From contig CAKQDU010000008.1 in the NCBI GenBank assembly GCA_934229625.1, positions 360 to 64,359 on the forward strand: 64,000 bases of DNA, read 5' to 3'. The position numbers were made by a program, and so were the translations under genes. This stretch comes from an uncultured Alphaproteobacteria bacterium (GTDB lineage: Bacteria > Pseudomonadota > Alphaproteobacteria > RF32 > CAG-239). The notes beneath the pieces were generated by a model. The model was not told the origin of the DNA. It did no database searches and saw only the letters and a list, made by a program, of their open reading frames with translations. Shown one piece after another: positions 1 to 10,140 of the stretch (positions within the stretch are counted from its first letter, which is position 1; each line of letters begins with the position of its first letter).

Positions 1-452
1 TGCCCGACTATGAAAAATTAAATTCAAACGGTTCTCAGCTCTATTTAACTGAATTTGCCATTGCTGCAAATTTAACTCCAACAACATGGTCTAATTCGGG
101 ACTTACGCTTATTGATTCCCAAAATCATTGGGTTTGGCCTTTTGTTCGCAACGGCCATTTGGTTTTTGAAATAGGTATTATTGACCAACAAAATGGTATA
201 ATTCTGCCGGACAAAACTAATCTTGAATATTGCCGAGCTTTATACAATAATGTAATGAAACCTTTGCATAGCGCCCTATATTATGTCAGTTTTTATCGTC
301 ATACGGTGGCTTCGGACTACGCATATTATGGAGACAATTATTGCGGCGGAGAAAATAAATGTCTTAACGAACTTACCTTAAATAAAATTGATGAGATGTG
401 TAAATCTTGTACAGATAAATCTCCGTGGTGCCATATTGTTATGACTTTTTAA
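1..452 (+). CDS. C-terminal part of a prepilin-like paralog (5' end outside window; codon phase starts at nt 3)
   Basis: Open frame from nt 3 with no stop; tail ...NYCGGENKCLNELTLNKIDEMCKSC matches the Cys-rich C-terminal motif of the 36153/38050/45099/46016/50614 family; LVFEI and ANLTPTTW motifs shared. Confidence 0.6.
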   Translation, partial: PDYEKLNSNGSQLYLTEFAIAANLTPTTWSNSGLTLIDSQNHWVWPFVRNGHLVFEIGIIDQQNGIILPDKTNLEYCRALYNNVMKPLHSALYYVSFYRHTVASDYAYYGDNYCGGENKCLNELTLNKIDEMCKSCTDKSPWCHIVMTF

Positions 453-467
453 ACATAGCCATACTTA

Positions 468-500
468 TATAAGAAAAACGCCTTCTTAATTAAGAAAGCG
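468..500 (+). terminator. rho-independent terminator
   Basis: aaacgccttcttaattaagaaagcg hairpin (11 bp, 1 mismatch) followed by T7. Confidence 0.6.
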
Positions 501-510
501 TTTTTTTACT

Positions 511-714
511 TCAACGATAGCGGTATCTTGGCGGCGGCAGCGGATATGTGTATCTTGTCACAACCGGAGAGTTGTAGTAGATTACCGTGCCGTAAGGATT
601 ATTGTAATATCCGTTATAATAATCAGTATCAATCCACTCAATACCAATACTGCCGCAGCTGCTCAAAGTACAAATACCGATAGCAGCAAACAAAAAGAAT
701 AAAAACTTTTTCAT
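511..714 (-). CDS. small Tyr-rich lipoprotein
   Basis: signal peptide with lipobox LSSC; 67 aa; Y/P-rich. Confidence 0.4.
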   Translation of the reverse strand: MKKFLFFLFAAIGICTLSSCGSIGIEWIDTDYYNGYYNNPYGTVIYYNSPVVTRYTYPLPPPRYRYR

Positions 715-796
715 AAGGCATAAAAATTAAAAGACATAAATATAATTCTATGCCTTTTAATTTAGTCTAAAATTCCATATTTGTCCAGAAATATTT

Positions 797-1201
797 TCAG
801 TTTTCTTCTTTCAGATAATCTTTATAAGACACGCCGTCTACTTTTAAGTTTGTAATCAATGGCTGATAACCGGATTGATATGAAAATTCCAGCACCACAT
901 TTTTAGCAGCTACGGCTTTTTCCAGCTTTTTGGCTGTGTCTTCTTTTACATAAAAAGAATAAACTTCGGCAAATTCTTTTTTAGGGCAAGCGTTATCCTT
1001 AAACTGAGTGCAATCGGTTTTTTGCCAATTCGGCTGCAGAGCGACATAATAACCGGAAAAAAAGTCTTTAGGGTCATAGCCTTTTACCGCAATTTCTACT
1101 TTTTCAAAATGGGTTAAATATGTCAGCCGCAGCATATACACCGACAAAATTACAACCGGCACAAACAATAAAACAGCGCAAATTTTAGCAAATTTAGTCA
1201 T
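797..1201 (-). CDS. membrane-anchored protein, possibly GDYXXLXY-family
   Basis: ATG at 1201 gives MTKFAKICAVLLF... N-terminal TM; SGYYVALQP motif; 8-bp overlap with upstream polytopic membrane protein suggests operon. Confidence 0.4.
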   Translation of the reverse strand: MTKFAKICAVLLFVPVVILSVYMLRLTYLTHFEKVEIAVKGYDPKDFFSGYYVALQPNWQKTDCTQFKDNACPKKEFAEVYSFYVKEDTAKKLEKAVAAKNVVLEFSYQSGYQPLITNLKVDGVSYKDYLKEEN

Positions 1202-2411
1202 GTTTTTTCTCCCACAATAACTTACCATATTTAACCAGAGCAAAAATCGTTGCCAGCAACAGCAAGCCGGAGCCAATCAGATATATTCCTAAATAGGTTA
1301 AATTGCTTGCGTCGGCATAATAGTAGAGCAGACGGATAACCGCCGCCAACACCGCAACATCAAACAAGCGGCGGCTGTTGTTCAGATAGGCGTAAACAGC
1401 CAAAGCCGCGCAAATAAGCAAAGACGGAATAAGATAGAATACATCCCATCTGAAAGTGGCAAAGAACCATATCAATAGCGCAAACAAAGTCAAATATCTG
1501 AAACGCGGCATTTTGTGATAATAAGCGTAGCCCCACATCAGCAATAAGCTGGTCAGCGCCAAAACAGATTCCACATTGTCTTGTAAAATATTAAATTTCA
1601 ACAGTACGCTTTCAACCACAAATCCCAGTAAAAACCATGGCATAAAGCTAACTCTGCGGTGTTTGCGGTTTAAGGCGTAAATAAGAAACGCCGCTAAAAT
1701 ATATCCGTAAGAAGACAGAGCAATAGTTGACCACGGAATTTGAGCAAAGGCAACATTGGTAATCAAGGGGCGGCAGCTTAGCGGAGCGGCCGACAGCAGC
1801 AATGTTCCGCAATAAAATTTTAAGGGGCGCTCAACGGTTTTGTTGCTTGGTTTGGCGTAAAGCATCCAAAGTTCATAGGTAAAAATTAAGCCATAAAAAA
1901 CAAGCAAGCTGCAGATGAAGTATGCTGTAGTATAGCTCCAGCCGATTCTTCCTGTCAGTATCTCATTGGCGATAGCATTATATGACGTGAAAGATTTTGT
2001 TCCGACAAAAAGCAGCGGTATCCAAAGCCAGAGCAGACGCGGCGTGATTAAAAACAGCGGCCAAGCGCACAACGCCCACAACAGGCAAGCTCCGCTGACA
2101 TCTGAACGCAGTTGGAATATTTGCCCAATCAGTCCGATTACCGCCATAATCAAAGCGGCGAACACTCCGCACAGCACTTGAGTCAGTATGTTTTTTTTGA
2201 ATTTCATAGATAGTATCACCGCAGAAGCGTTGGCTATCATCAAAACTATTGCGCCGCCGAGTTTTACATTATTTGGAATTTGCTCCCAGTTGGCGGCAAC
2301 CAAAGCGATAATTCCCAAGCCGATTAAAAAAGCGGCAAAATAGGCTAAAATCATCAGCCAATAATTTTCATCGTGCAATTTTTCCGGCATTTGCGTTGAT
2401 GTTTTTTCCAT
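1194..2411 (-). CDS. polytopic integral membrane protein (DUF2157-like)
   Basis: 405 aa, >10 predicted TM helices across the whole length. Confidence 0.5.
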   Translation of the reverse strand: MEKTSTQMPEKLHDENYWLMILAYFAAFLIGLGIIALVAANWEQIPNNVKLGGAIVLMIANASAVILSMKFKKNILTQVLCGVFAALIMAVIGLIGQIFQLRSDVSGACLLWALCAWPLFLITPRLLWLWIPLLFVGTKSFTSYNAIANEILTGRIGWSYTTAYFICSLLVFYGLIFTYELWMLYAKPSNKTVERPLKFYCGTLLLSAAPLSCRPLITNVAFAQIPWSTIALSSYGYILAAFLIYALNRKHRRVSFMPWFLLGFVVESVLLKFNILQDNVESVLALTSLLLMWGYAYYHKMPRFRYLTLFALLIWFFATFRWDVFYLIPSLLICAALAVYAYLNNSRRLFDVAVLAAVIRLLYYYADASNLTYLGIYLIGSGLLLLATIFALVKYGKLLWEKKHD

Positions 2412-2412
2412 T

Positions 2413-4164
2413 TTATTCTCCTTGATTTGCGGCTTTCAGCATAACTTCAGGTGCTTCAATACCCAATAAATACAGCATTAAGGTCAGCACGTCGCGCACC
2501 AATTTAGCCATTTTCAAACGAGAGGCCGCCAGCTCCTGCGTTTTGGCAGTCATAATCGGGCAAGCGTTGTAAAATGTGCTGAATGTTTGCGCCAAAGTGT
2601 AGGCATAGTCGGCGATAATGCTTGGCTCTTTGTCTTTTAAGGCACGCATTACCACATTGTGAATCTGCGCTAGTTTTAAGGCTAAGGTGCGTTCTTCTGC
2701 CGCTTCCAGTATTATTTTTCCTTCGGTCAGATTCTGAGCTTTTGCTTTTCGTAAAATGGAATTTATGCGAGCTACGGCATATTGAATGTATGGACCGGTT
2801 TTGCCTTCAAATTTAGCAAAGTCTTCAAGTTCAAAGACATAACCTGAAGCAATAGTGTTTTTCAAATCTTGGAATTTGATGGCGGCAACGGCGATTTGCA
2901 AAACCAGCTTTTCAATTTCCGCTTCGCCGTAACCTTCAACTTCTCCGGCTTTCGGCAATGATTGGCGGACTTTATCTTTGGACATCTCTATCAATGTTTC
3001 CAAATTCATCACGCCGCCGTCACGGGTTTTGAAAGGCTTGCCATCGGCGCCGTTGACTGTGCCAAACACAATATGCTCCAATTCAACATTTGGAGCGATA
3101 CCAAGTTTTGACACACCTTCAAACACCTGTTCAAAGTGCAGGGCTTGGCGGCTGTCTGTAAAATAAACAATTTCCTCAGCCTGCAGCTGGTCAACACGCA
3201 TTTTGATGGTGGCGATATCAGTGGTGTGATAGGTGTAGCCGCCGTCAGATTTAATCAAAATTACCGGCGGTTTTGGTTTGTTGCCTTCTTCCAAACGGAT
3301 AATCTCGGCACCGTTATCAACTTCGGAAATGCCTTTTTCGCGCGCCAGCTTTACAATCTCGCCGCAAGTTTCGTGAGCATCGCTTTCGCCCCACCACAAA
3401 TCAAAATGCACGTCCAGCTGTTCATAATTCTTTTTAATGGCGTTTACCGATTCGCTGCGCAGATGCTGCCAAGCCTTGCGGTATTCCGGATTGCCGTCTT
3501 GTAAAGCTGCGGTAATTTTACGCGCTGTTTCTTTAGCGGTTTCATCTTCTTTGCAACGGATATTGGCTTTTTTATAAAACACGGTAATTTCTTCGATATT
3601 ATAATTATTTACCTTAGACAAATCGCCGTCCTGATGTATAATTTCAGCCAAAATCATACCCATCGGAGTTCCCCAGTCGCCCAAGTGAACATCAGAAACA
3701 ACTTCATTGCCGGCAAAACGCTCAATACGCTGAATGCTTTCGCCGATAACGCCGGAGCGCAAATGTCCGACATGCATTTCTTTTGCCACATTGGGGCCGC
3801 CAAAATCCAAAACAACTTTATGCGGATTTTCTGCCATTCCACAGCCAAGACGTTCATCAGCAGCCATTTTATCCAGAGTTTCGGCAATAAAATCGTTAGT
3901 CAGTTTAATGTTAATAAATCCGGGACCATCAACCGAAACGGCAGATATTTCCGGACAGTTTTTTAATTCATCCGCTATAGATTGAGCTATTTCCCTCGGA
4001 TTTTTATGGGCAATTTTCGCCAAAGCCAAAGCTCCGTTGCATTGAAAATCGCTCAAATCGGCGCGGTCAGATATTTTAACCGCGGCAAAACGAGTATCGA
4101 GTCCTAATCTTTCAAAAATTTCTGTTAAGTCTGTATTTAGTTTATTTTCCGGTTGAAGATTCAT
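2413..4164 (-). CDS. argS: arginine--tRNA ligase
   Basis: 583 aa; HIGH-type motif HVGHLRS; DALR anticodon-binding C-terminus; typical ArgS length. Confidence 0.93.
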   Translation of the reverse strand: MNLQPENKLNTDLTEIFERLGLDTRFAAVKISDRADLSDFQCNGALALAKIAHKNPREIAQSIADELKNCPEISAVSVDGPGFINIKLTNDFIAETLDKMAADERLGCGMAENPHKVVLDFGGPNVAKEMHVGHLRSGVIGESIQRIERFAGNEVVSDVHLGDWGTPMGMILAEIIHQDGDLSKVNNYNIEEITVFYKKANIRCKEDETAKETARKITAALQDGNPEYRKAWQHLRSESVNAIKKNYEQLDVHFDLWWGESDAHETCGEIVKLAREKGISEVDNGAEIIRLEEGNKPKPPVILIKSDGGYTYHTTDIATIKMRVDQLQAEEIVYFTDSRQALHFEQVFEGVSKLGIAPNVELEHIVFGTVNGADGKPFKTRDGGVMNLETLIEMSKDKVRQSLPKAGEVEGYGEAEIEKLVLQIAVAAIKFQDLKNTIASGYVFELEDFAKFEGKTGPYIQYAVARINSILRKAKAQNLTEGKIILEAAEERTLALKLAQIHNVVMRALKDKEPSIIADYAYTLAQTFSTFYNACPIMTAKTQELAASRLKMAKLVRDVLTLMLYLLGIEAPEVMLKAANQGE

Positions 4165-4510
4165 TTTTTATTCCTTTTTTATTCACACATTTAAAATAAG
4201 CATGGCTGGGCAACAGAAGTTTGCCGTCAAAATGAGTTTTTTGTAAAAATTCGGCATTGTCTCCTGTTTTTTGTTTTTGGCATTCTAAAACAGCAAGTTT
4301 TTGTAATTCCTCATCATTGCTCCACAAACCATTGTAACAAATGACTGGCGCATCCGGTTTGGATGGACCGCTGTACAGCAATGCCGGATTTTGTGTTCCG
4401 GGATTACGGCGCCGGTCAATATAGGGATTAAACATACTGCATCCGCACAAACTCAGCATAAATATCGTGCTTATTGTAAATTTTAGACTAGACAATTTAA
4501 AAAACTCCAT
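4142..4510 (-). CDS. putative lipoprotein
   Basis: signal peptide ...FMLSLCGCS; 122 aa. Confidence 0.35.
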   Translation of the reverse strand: MEFFKLSSLKFTISTIFMLSLCGCSMFNPYIDRRRNPGTQNPALLYSGPSKPDAPVICYNGLWSNDEELQKLAVLECQKQKTGDNAEFLQKTHFDGKLLLPSHAYFKCVNKKGIKNESSTGK

Positions 4511-4556
4511 TAAATTATACTTTCAGTAAAAGGTATAATATACAAAGAATATTAAA

Positions 4557-5156
4557 ATGAAAAGCGAAAATAAATATATTGGTGATGATAAGTTCAAAAA
4601 ATTTTTAGAACACTATAACTGTCCAACTCCGTTAGAAGTTATAAAACTAAGATTTGCCGGCGCAATTTGCAGTCCTAACGAGAATTTACGTCCGACTGAC
4701 GTTATTGCCTCTTTTTGGCAGAATAATTTGGCTCCGCGTTTGGAAACAAAAAATGAAGCTGAATTGTTTTTCAAATTTTTTATGGGACTATGGGATGAAA
4801 TGTTTGAATTGGTATCGGCTAACGGAATTGTCTTGCCTCATATAAAACCTACTGATGATTTGATTGCCGTTTGCGAGAATCGGTTTGCTGAGCTTGAATT
4901 GGGATTTGTCGAAGGCTTTTGGGGCGGTAAGGAAGATATAAAAGTGCCGGCCTATATTGCTGAAATGATTGACTCTTTGACACAACTTGCTGAAGTTTAT
5001 AACTCGCTTAAAGAAAAAATAAATCCCGAAAAAAACAATAAAAATATTTTTGACGCAATTATTAAATGTGATAAAATGGCTGCAAAATCCGTGAATATGC
5101 TGATTGAACACTACGTTTTGCCTCATATTGACAATTTACGCCGTACTGTTAACTAA
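4557..5156 (+). CDS. hypothetical protein
   Basis: 199-aa ORF with good coding periodicity, no recognisable motif. Confidence 0.4.
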   Translation: MKSENKYIGDDKFKKFLEHYNCPTPLEVIKLRFAGAICSPNENLRPTDVIASFWQNNLAPRLETKNEAELFFKFFMGLWDEMFELVSANGIVLPHIKPTDDLIAVCENRFAELELGFVEGFWGGKEDIKVPAYIAEMIDSLTQLAEVYNSLKEKINPEKNNKNIFDAIIKCDKMAAKSVNMLIEHYVLPHIDNLRRTVN

Positions 5157-5172
5157 ATTAAAGGAGAAAAAA

Positions 5173-5709
5173 ATGGAATTGTTAGAAGGTTTAAAAACCC
5201 GCCGTTCCGTACGCTTATATGACACAACAAAAAAAATCCCGCATGAGGATATTGAAAAAATTTTAGAGGCTGTTTCATATTCACCATCGGCTCATAATAA
5301 ACAGCCGTGGGAATTTTTGGTAATTGAAGATAAGGAAACGCTGGCTTCTTTACGCAGCATTCAACCCTGGACATCGTTTGCTAAAAATGCTTCATGCGCC
5401 ATTATTGTTTGCAGTAACACGGATGAATCTTTTCATCGCGATAAAGAAAATGAAAAATGGTCTTATGCCGATGTTGACGGAACAATTGCCGCATACGGAG
5501 TTTTGCTGGCCGCTCATGCTTTGGGTTATGGCGCTTGTTTTTGCGGCGCTGCTCCAATGCCGTTGATTATTGAAAATCTGCAGGAAAAACTGCATATTCC
5601 GGCAAATATGCGCCCGATAGCAATTATTCCGATGGGTGTGCCGGCAGAAGAACCAAAACAACCGGCAAGCCGCTATAATCCGGATAAAGTTCATTGGGAA
5701 AAATGGTAA
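5173..5709 (+). CDS. nitroreductase family protein
   Basis: aaggag RBS 7 nt upstream of ATG 5173; RRSVR...SPSAHNKQPWEF motif typical of NfsB/NfnB-type nitroreductases. Confidence 0.8.
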   Translation: MELLEGLKTRRSVRLYDTTKKIPHEDIEKILEAVSYSPSAHNKQPWEFLVIEDKETLASLRSIQPWTSFAKNASCAIIVCSNTDESFHRDKENEKWSYADVDGTIAAYGVLLAAHALGYGACFCGAAPMPLIIENLQEKLHIPANMRPIAIIPMGVPAEEPKQPASRYNPDKVHWEKW

Positions 5710-5736
5710 TTTCCCTTTTTATAAAGGAATTGTAAA

Positions 5737-6345
5737 ATGAAAAAACTTTTATTTGCTGCCATGCTTATTGCCGGTTCGGCGCACGCTGAAAACGCAGATT
5801 TGAATAAAATAGAAAATTATCTGAATAATATCAACACGCTTGAAGCAAGCTTTGTACAGATGTCAAGCAACGGAGGTTCGGCAGAAGGTAAAATTTTTAT
5901 TGAAAAACCAAGCAAAATCCGCATGGAATATACTGCTCCCGACCATTTGTTGATTGTCGGTAACGGTGAATATATTATCTATAACGATAAAGAATTGGAC
6001 CAAATCACCAATATCGATTATAAAGATATTCCGGCAACCATGATTTTAAGCAATAAAATTAAATTTGACGGCAAAAATCTGAAAGTCACCGATTTTTATA
6101 AAGATGGCGGACAAACGTCTGTAACGGTAGAAATGCCAAAATCTCCGGGAGTTAAACCTATTACCTTGATTTTTGATAATTCGCCGTTTCGTTTGAAACA
6201 ATGGAAAGTTATAGACCAACAAAACATTGAAGTTACAATTTCTTTATTTGATGCTGAACAAGACAAGAAGTTGAGTGAAAATTTGTTCAAATTTAATAAA
6301 AAAACAGAGAAAAACCCATCTTCTTCTGTCAGCAGAAGGAAATAA
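5737..6345 (+). CDS. lolA: outer-membrane lipoprotein carrier LolA-like
   Basis: signal peptide MKKLLFAAMLIAGSAHA; FVQ...IEKPSKIRMEYTAPD...LLIVGNGEYI pattern typical of LolA. Confidence 0.65.
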   Translation: MKKLLFAAMLIAGSAHAENADLNKIENYLNNINTLEASFVQMSSNGGSAEGKIFIEKPSKIRMEYTAPDHLLIVGNGEYIIYNDKELDQITNIDYKDIPATMILSNKIKFDGKNLKVTDFYKDGGQTSVTVEMPKSPGVKPITLIFDNSPFRLKQWKVIDQQNIEVTISLFDAEQDKKLSENLFKFNKKTEKNPSSSVSRRK

Positions 6346-6413
6346 ATAAAATATCGAGCTTTGAACAATAAAAAAATCTGCTCCGCTTAACAACGGGCAG
6401 ATTTTTTTGTCTG

Positions 6414-7157
6414 TTAATACTGTGTGTTTATAAAGTTCAAATCATTAGAAAGCAAACGAAGCAAAGCCTCTGCTTCGTTTTGAAGAGTTTCTTGTTTTAA
6501 AATCGCAAAGTCCAACATTGCACTATACGATTTAAAACTGTCTTCAGGCGCTTTTTCGGCAACCATCCATTGACGAAAAACGTTGCAGATGCTGCAATTC
6601 GGCTCCGGCGCATTTGACTTTTCCAACTCTATGACCTCGGTCATAAATAAATCCACAAACAAAGACAATACAGGCGCTGATATTTGGCAATGTTTAACAT
6701 ACCATAACAACTTATTGTAGTTATTGCGATACTCCAGCAGCAACATTTTTGCCGCATCGTTGTCAAACCATTCGATACGCTCGGTATTGACGCATTCGGC
6801 ATACATTTTACAAAAAGCATCTGCCGGCATTTTCTTTATCAAAATAAATTGTTCCGGAACTGAAAGATGTCTGTTTTTCACACTTTCAACATACAAGTTC
6901 CACATTTTGCGCGTACCGATTTGGAAAATAATTTCCAGTTTTGAACCAACAAAATACTTTTCACATTCTGTCAAAAGAGTTGAACTGCTGCCATAGCACT
7001 TCTTGGTAAGCGAGTTTGTTGCCATATATGCGGCTAAAGTCGCGCTTATTCGTTCATTACCTTCCGCATAGCATTCGCACAGTTGTTTAAACGTTTTGAG
7101 CGGCATGCAATTAAAAATAGTCATTACCGCATAACGCATTGCTCTAATAATATTCAT
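6414..7157 (-). CDS. hypothetical protein
   Basis: 247-aa ORF; no motif recognised. Confidence 0.4.
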   Translation of the reverse strand: MNIIRAMRYAVMTIFNCMPLKTFKQLCECYAEGNERISATLAAYMATNSLTKKCYGSSSTLLTECEKYFVGSKLEIIFQIGTRKMWNLYVESVKNRHLSVPEQFILIKKMPADAFCKMYAECVNTERIEWFDNDAAKMLLLEYRNNYNKLLWYVKHCQISAPVLSLFVDLFMTEVIELEKSNAPEPNCSICNVFRQWMVAEKAPEDSFKSYSAMLDFAILKQETLQNEAEALLRLLSNDLNFINTQY

Positions 7158-7249
7158 AAGCTAAAAATTTAAGTTAATAATAAATTTACGCCGTGTAACA
7201 TAGTCCACTGCATTTTCAAAGTCAATATTTTTATATTGTTTTATTCTAT

Positions 7250-9046
7250 TTAAGATAACTGAGCATGGTATAGCGAGGCGTAAATACTATCTGTTTTGGC
7301 CACCAATTCGGCGTGCGTGCCGATTTCGGCAATCTTACCATAGTTCACCACCACGATTTTATCGGCATTGCGCACGGTTGAAAGCCGGTGGGCAATAACA
7401 AACACCGTACGATCGGCCATCAGGTTGTCAATCGCCTGCTGCACAATGGCTTCTGACTTATTATCAAGAGCCGAGGTCGCCTCGTCCAGAATCACAATCG
7501 GCGCATTTTTAATAAAGGCTCGAGCAATGGCTATGCGCTGCTTTTGACCGCCGGAAAGAAGCACTCCGCGTTCTCCGATTTGTGTATCCAAACCTTTAGG
7601 AAGCTCTTTGATAAAATCTGTCAAACAAGCACAGGAAACCGCATATTCAACCGCTTTTTCATCGGCATTTTCATTACCAAGTAAAATATTATCGCGAATA
7701 GAACCGGAAAATAAAAAGTTATCTTGAAAAACAACAGATATTTTGTCGCGCAGAGAATTTAACTTATAATCGCGAATATCCGTGCCGTCTATCAGAATCT
7801 GGCCCGATGTAACATCATAAAACCGCGGCAGTAAGTTAACCAATGTAGTTTTTCCGCCTCCGGAATTACCAACAAATGCAATCGTCTGCCCTTTTTTGAT
7901 GTCCAGGTTAATATCCTGCAGCACCGGTTTGCCGGCGATATATTCAAAATTGACATGCTGATAGGAAATGCCTCGTTTAATCTCGCGCAGCTCCTTAGCA
8001 TTCGGGCGGTCGCAGATTTTCAGTTCCATTTGCAAAAGCTCAAACACGCGCTCCATCGCCAGCAGAGCCACCTGCACATTGTTAAAGTTGTTGCCGATGC
8101 CTTTTATCGGGTTATACAGCAAAATAAGCGCCGCCACAAAAGAAACGAAGTTTCCGGCTGTAATCTGATGATGCACAATCAAATAGCTGCCCACCCAAAT
8201 AACCAAAGCAATCCCCAGCGACACCACAAAGTGCATTAAAGGCGAAAGCATGCCTGTGCGCTGCACCATTTTCATTCCCAGTTTAAACACACGGCGCAGC
8301 GTGTTATCAAAACGGCTGTTTTGATAGTCGTACAAATTATAAGAAGAAATCACGCGGTTGCCGCAAAAACTCTCATTATAATGCGTTACCACTTCTGCAC
8401 CGGTAAATACGGTTTGTTTATTGATATCTTTAATGCGTTTTCTCACTCTGGTAAGAGGATATAAAGCCAAAAACAATATAATCACAGCAATCACCGCGAG
8501 CTGCCAGCTATTGTAGAAAAGCACCGCGATTAAAGAAATTGATGAGAAAAAACGTGTAGAAAACTGTTTGATATTGTTTAAAAGTCCGCTGCAAGCCGCA
8601 TCCACATCATTATTAAAACGCATCATTACATTGCCTGAGGTGGTGGAATCAAAAAAAGAAGCATCAAACTTTGTAAGTTTTTCAAACAAAGAAATTTTTA
8701 CATCACAGGAAATACGGCTGCCAACCCAAGTATTTGCAAAATTTGCGGCAAATGTCAACACTCCCTGCATTGCGCTGAATAAAATAATAACAAGCGGAAT
8801 CCACAGCGTATTACTGTTTTTTTCTATCATCATGACATCCATATACGGCTTGAGCGCCCAAGCTATCACAGCATCCAAAGCACCTACAGGCAAAGTAAGA
8901 CAAACGGCTAGCAAAGCCCTTCCCCAATATGGCTTAACAAAAGGCCACATCTGCCCATAGTCATACAGCACCTGATTATTTTTTATTTTTTCTTTTAATT
9001 TTGCAAACATGTTTATCCTTTGACTTTTTGAGCATATTTTAGCCAA
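7250..9046 (-). CDS. ABC exporter, fused permease/ATPase (MsbA/NdvA-like)
   Basis: 598 aa; N-terminal 6-TM domain; Walker A GNSGGGKTT, signature LSGGQKQR, Walker B ILDEATSALD. Confidence 0.9.
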   Translation of the reverse strand: MAKICSKSQRINMFAKLKEKIKNNQVLYDYGQMWPFVKPYWGRALLAVCLTLPVGALDAVIAWALKPYMDVMMIEKNSNTLWIPLVIILFSAMQGVLTFAANFANTWVGSRISCDVKISLFEKLTKFDASFFDSTTSGNVMMRFNNDVDAACSGLLNNIKQFSTRFFSSISLIAVLFYNSWQLAVIAVIILFLALYPLTRVRKRIKDINKQTVFTGAEVVTHYNESFCGNRVISSYNLYDYQNSRFDNTLRRVFKLGMKMVQRTGMLSPLMHFVVSLGIALVIWVGSYLIVHHQITAGNFVSFVAALILLYNPIKGIGNNFNNVQVALLAMERVFELLQMELKICDRPNAKELREIKRGISYQHVNFEYIAGKPVLQDINLDIKKGQTIAFVGNSGGGKTTLVNLLPRFYDVTSGQILIDGTDIRDYKLNSLRDKISVVFQDNFLFSGSIRDNILLGNENADEKAVEYAVSCACLTDFIKELPKGLDTQIGERGVLLSGGQKQRIAIARAFIKNAPIVILDEATSALDNKSEAIVQQAIDNLMADRTVFVIAHRLSTVRNADKIVVVNYGKIAEIGTHAELVAKTDSIYASLYHAQLS

Positions 9047-9112
9047 TATTTTTCAAAAGTAAACAATTTGTCACAAGATATAAACGAAAAAAGCCTGAAC
9101 ACTATTTTGACG

Positions 9113-10120
9113 TTATTTGCCATACTCTTTGATTAGTTTTTTATAAGTAAAATAGTTTTTAAGTTTATGTCCGCGCCAGCCCAGAAAACCTTTATGATTT
9201 AATTCTGTTAATTCTTCGGCAAAAAGTTTCCATATAGTTTCTTTGGTATTTTGCGTGGTTTCGGAACATCTTTTTAATTGTTCAGCCAAAATTACCGGAA
9301 TGAATTTGTTTTTAATAAATTGTAATTCTTTAGCATTTGTGCATTTCTGATAAAGATTGCAAACAAAAAAAGTTCCGACAGTATAGTCGCTTATAGTTTG
9401 CGGCGTTGATTTTTGTTTGGATATAGACTGAGGATTTATGGTATAAAAATAAAGTTTAGCATCCAAAATAGCCGTTCTGGGCTTGCGAGCCAAAACCGCA
9501 TAAGTGTGCGGATAATCTTCAAAATGAATTTTCGGTATAAATTCCAAACCATTCAAAAGCTCGCGCTTATAAAGCTTGGTCCACACATTAAAAGAAATCC
9601 TATATTTACCATGTCTGCTCTGAAAAAACAGCGGAGTATCTGTAACTTTAATCTTAATTTTAGATAAATTATACTTTTGCGGAATAATATTATGACCGGT
9701 TTTATTTTTCAAAAAGCCAAAGCATACCATTTCTGCCTGATATTTTTCAGCACAGCTGTATGCTGCTTCCAAACATTGCGGATGCAGACAGTCATCAGAA
9801 TCCAGAAAATAAACATATTCGCCTTTTGCTTGTTTCAAAGCATTGTTGCGAGCCATGCTCAAGCCTTGATTAGCTTGATTTATTATAACAAAACGCGCAT
9901 CTTTGTCGGCGTATTGCCGTAAAATCTGCAAAGAATTATCCTTTGAACCATCATTCACGCAAATCGCTTGCCAATGCTGATAGGTTTGCGCCAGCAAGCT
10001 GTCCAGACATTCCGGCAGATATTTTTCCACATTATATATCGGAATAATTACTGAAACAAGTTTATCGCAGATGTTTTTTTCTGATTTTATTACCATAACT
10101 TTCTCCATTAAAAGTGGCAA
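9113..10120 (-). CDS. family-2 glycosyltransferase
   Basis: VSVIIPIYNVEKYL...NDGSKDNS...YFLDSDD (DXD) motifs; probable operon with upstream ABC exporter. Confidence 0.85.
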   Translation of the reverse strand: MPLLMEKVMVIKSEKNICDKLVSVIIPIYNVEKYLPECLDSLLAQTYQHWQAICVNDGSKDNSLQILRQYADKDARFVIINQANQGLSMARNNALKQAKGEYVYFLDSDDCLHPQCLEAAYSCAEKYQAEMVCFGFLKNKTGHNIIPQKYNLSKIKIKVTDTPLFFQSRHGKYRISFNVWTKLYKRELLNGLEFIPKIHFEDYPHTYAVLARKPRTAILDAKLYFYTINPQSISKQKSTPQTISDYTVGTFFVCNLYQKCTNAKELQFIKNKFIPVILAEQLKRCSETTQNTKETIWKLFAEELTELNHKGFLGWRGHKLKNYFTYKKLIKEYGK

Positions 10121-10140
10121 GTCCTTACAAAAAAGCCGCC

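Noticed and set aside
1966-2181. Short ORFs antisense to or nested within long genes (examples: 1966-2181, 2622-2816, 3136-3504, 8568-8960, 13008-13436, 13927-14691, 18527-19069, 40234-40677, 41514-41921, 47883-48224, 61688-62299, 62982-63758)
   Set aside because: They lie entirely within confidently assigned genes on the opposite strand or in another frame, and lack RBSs. Compositional bias is consistent with shadow ORFs.
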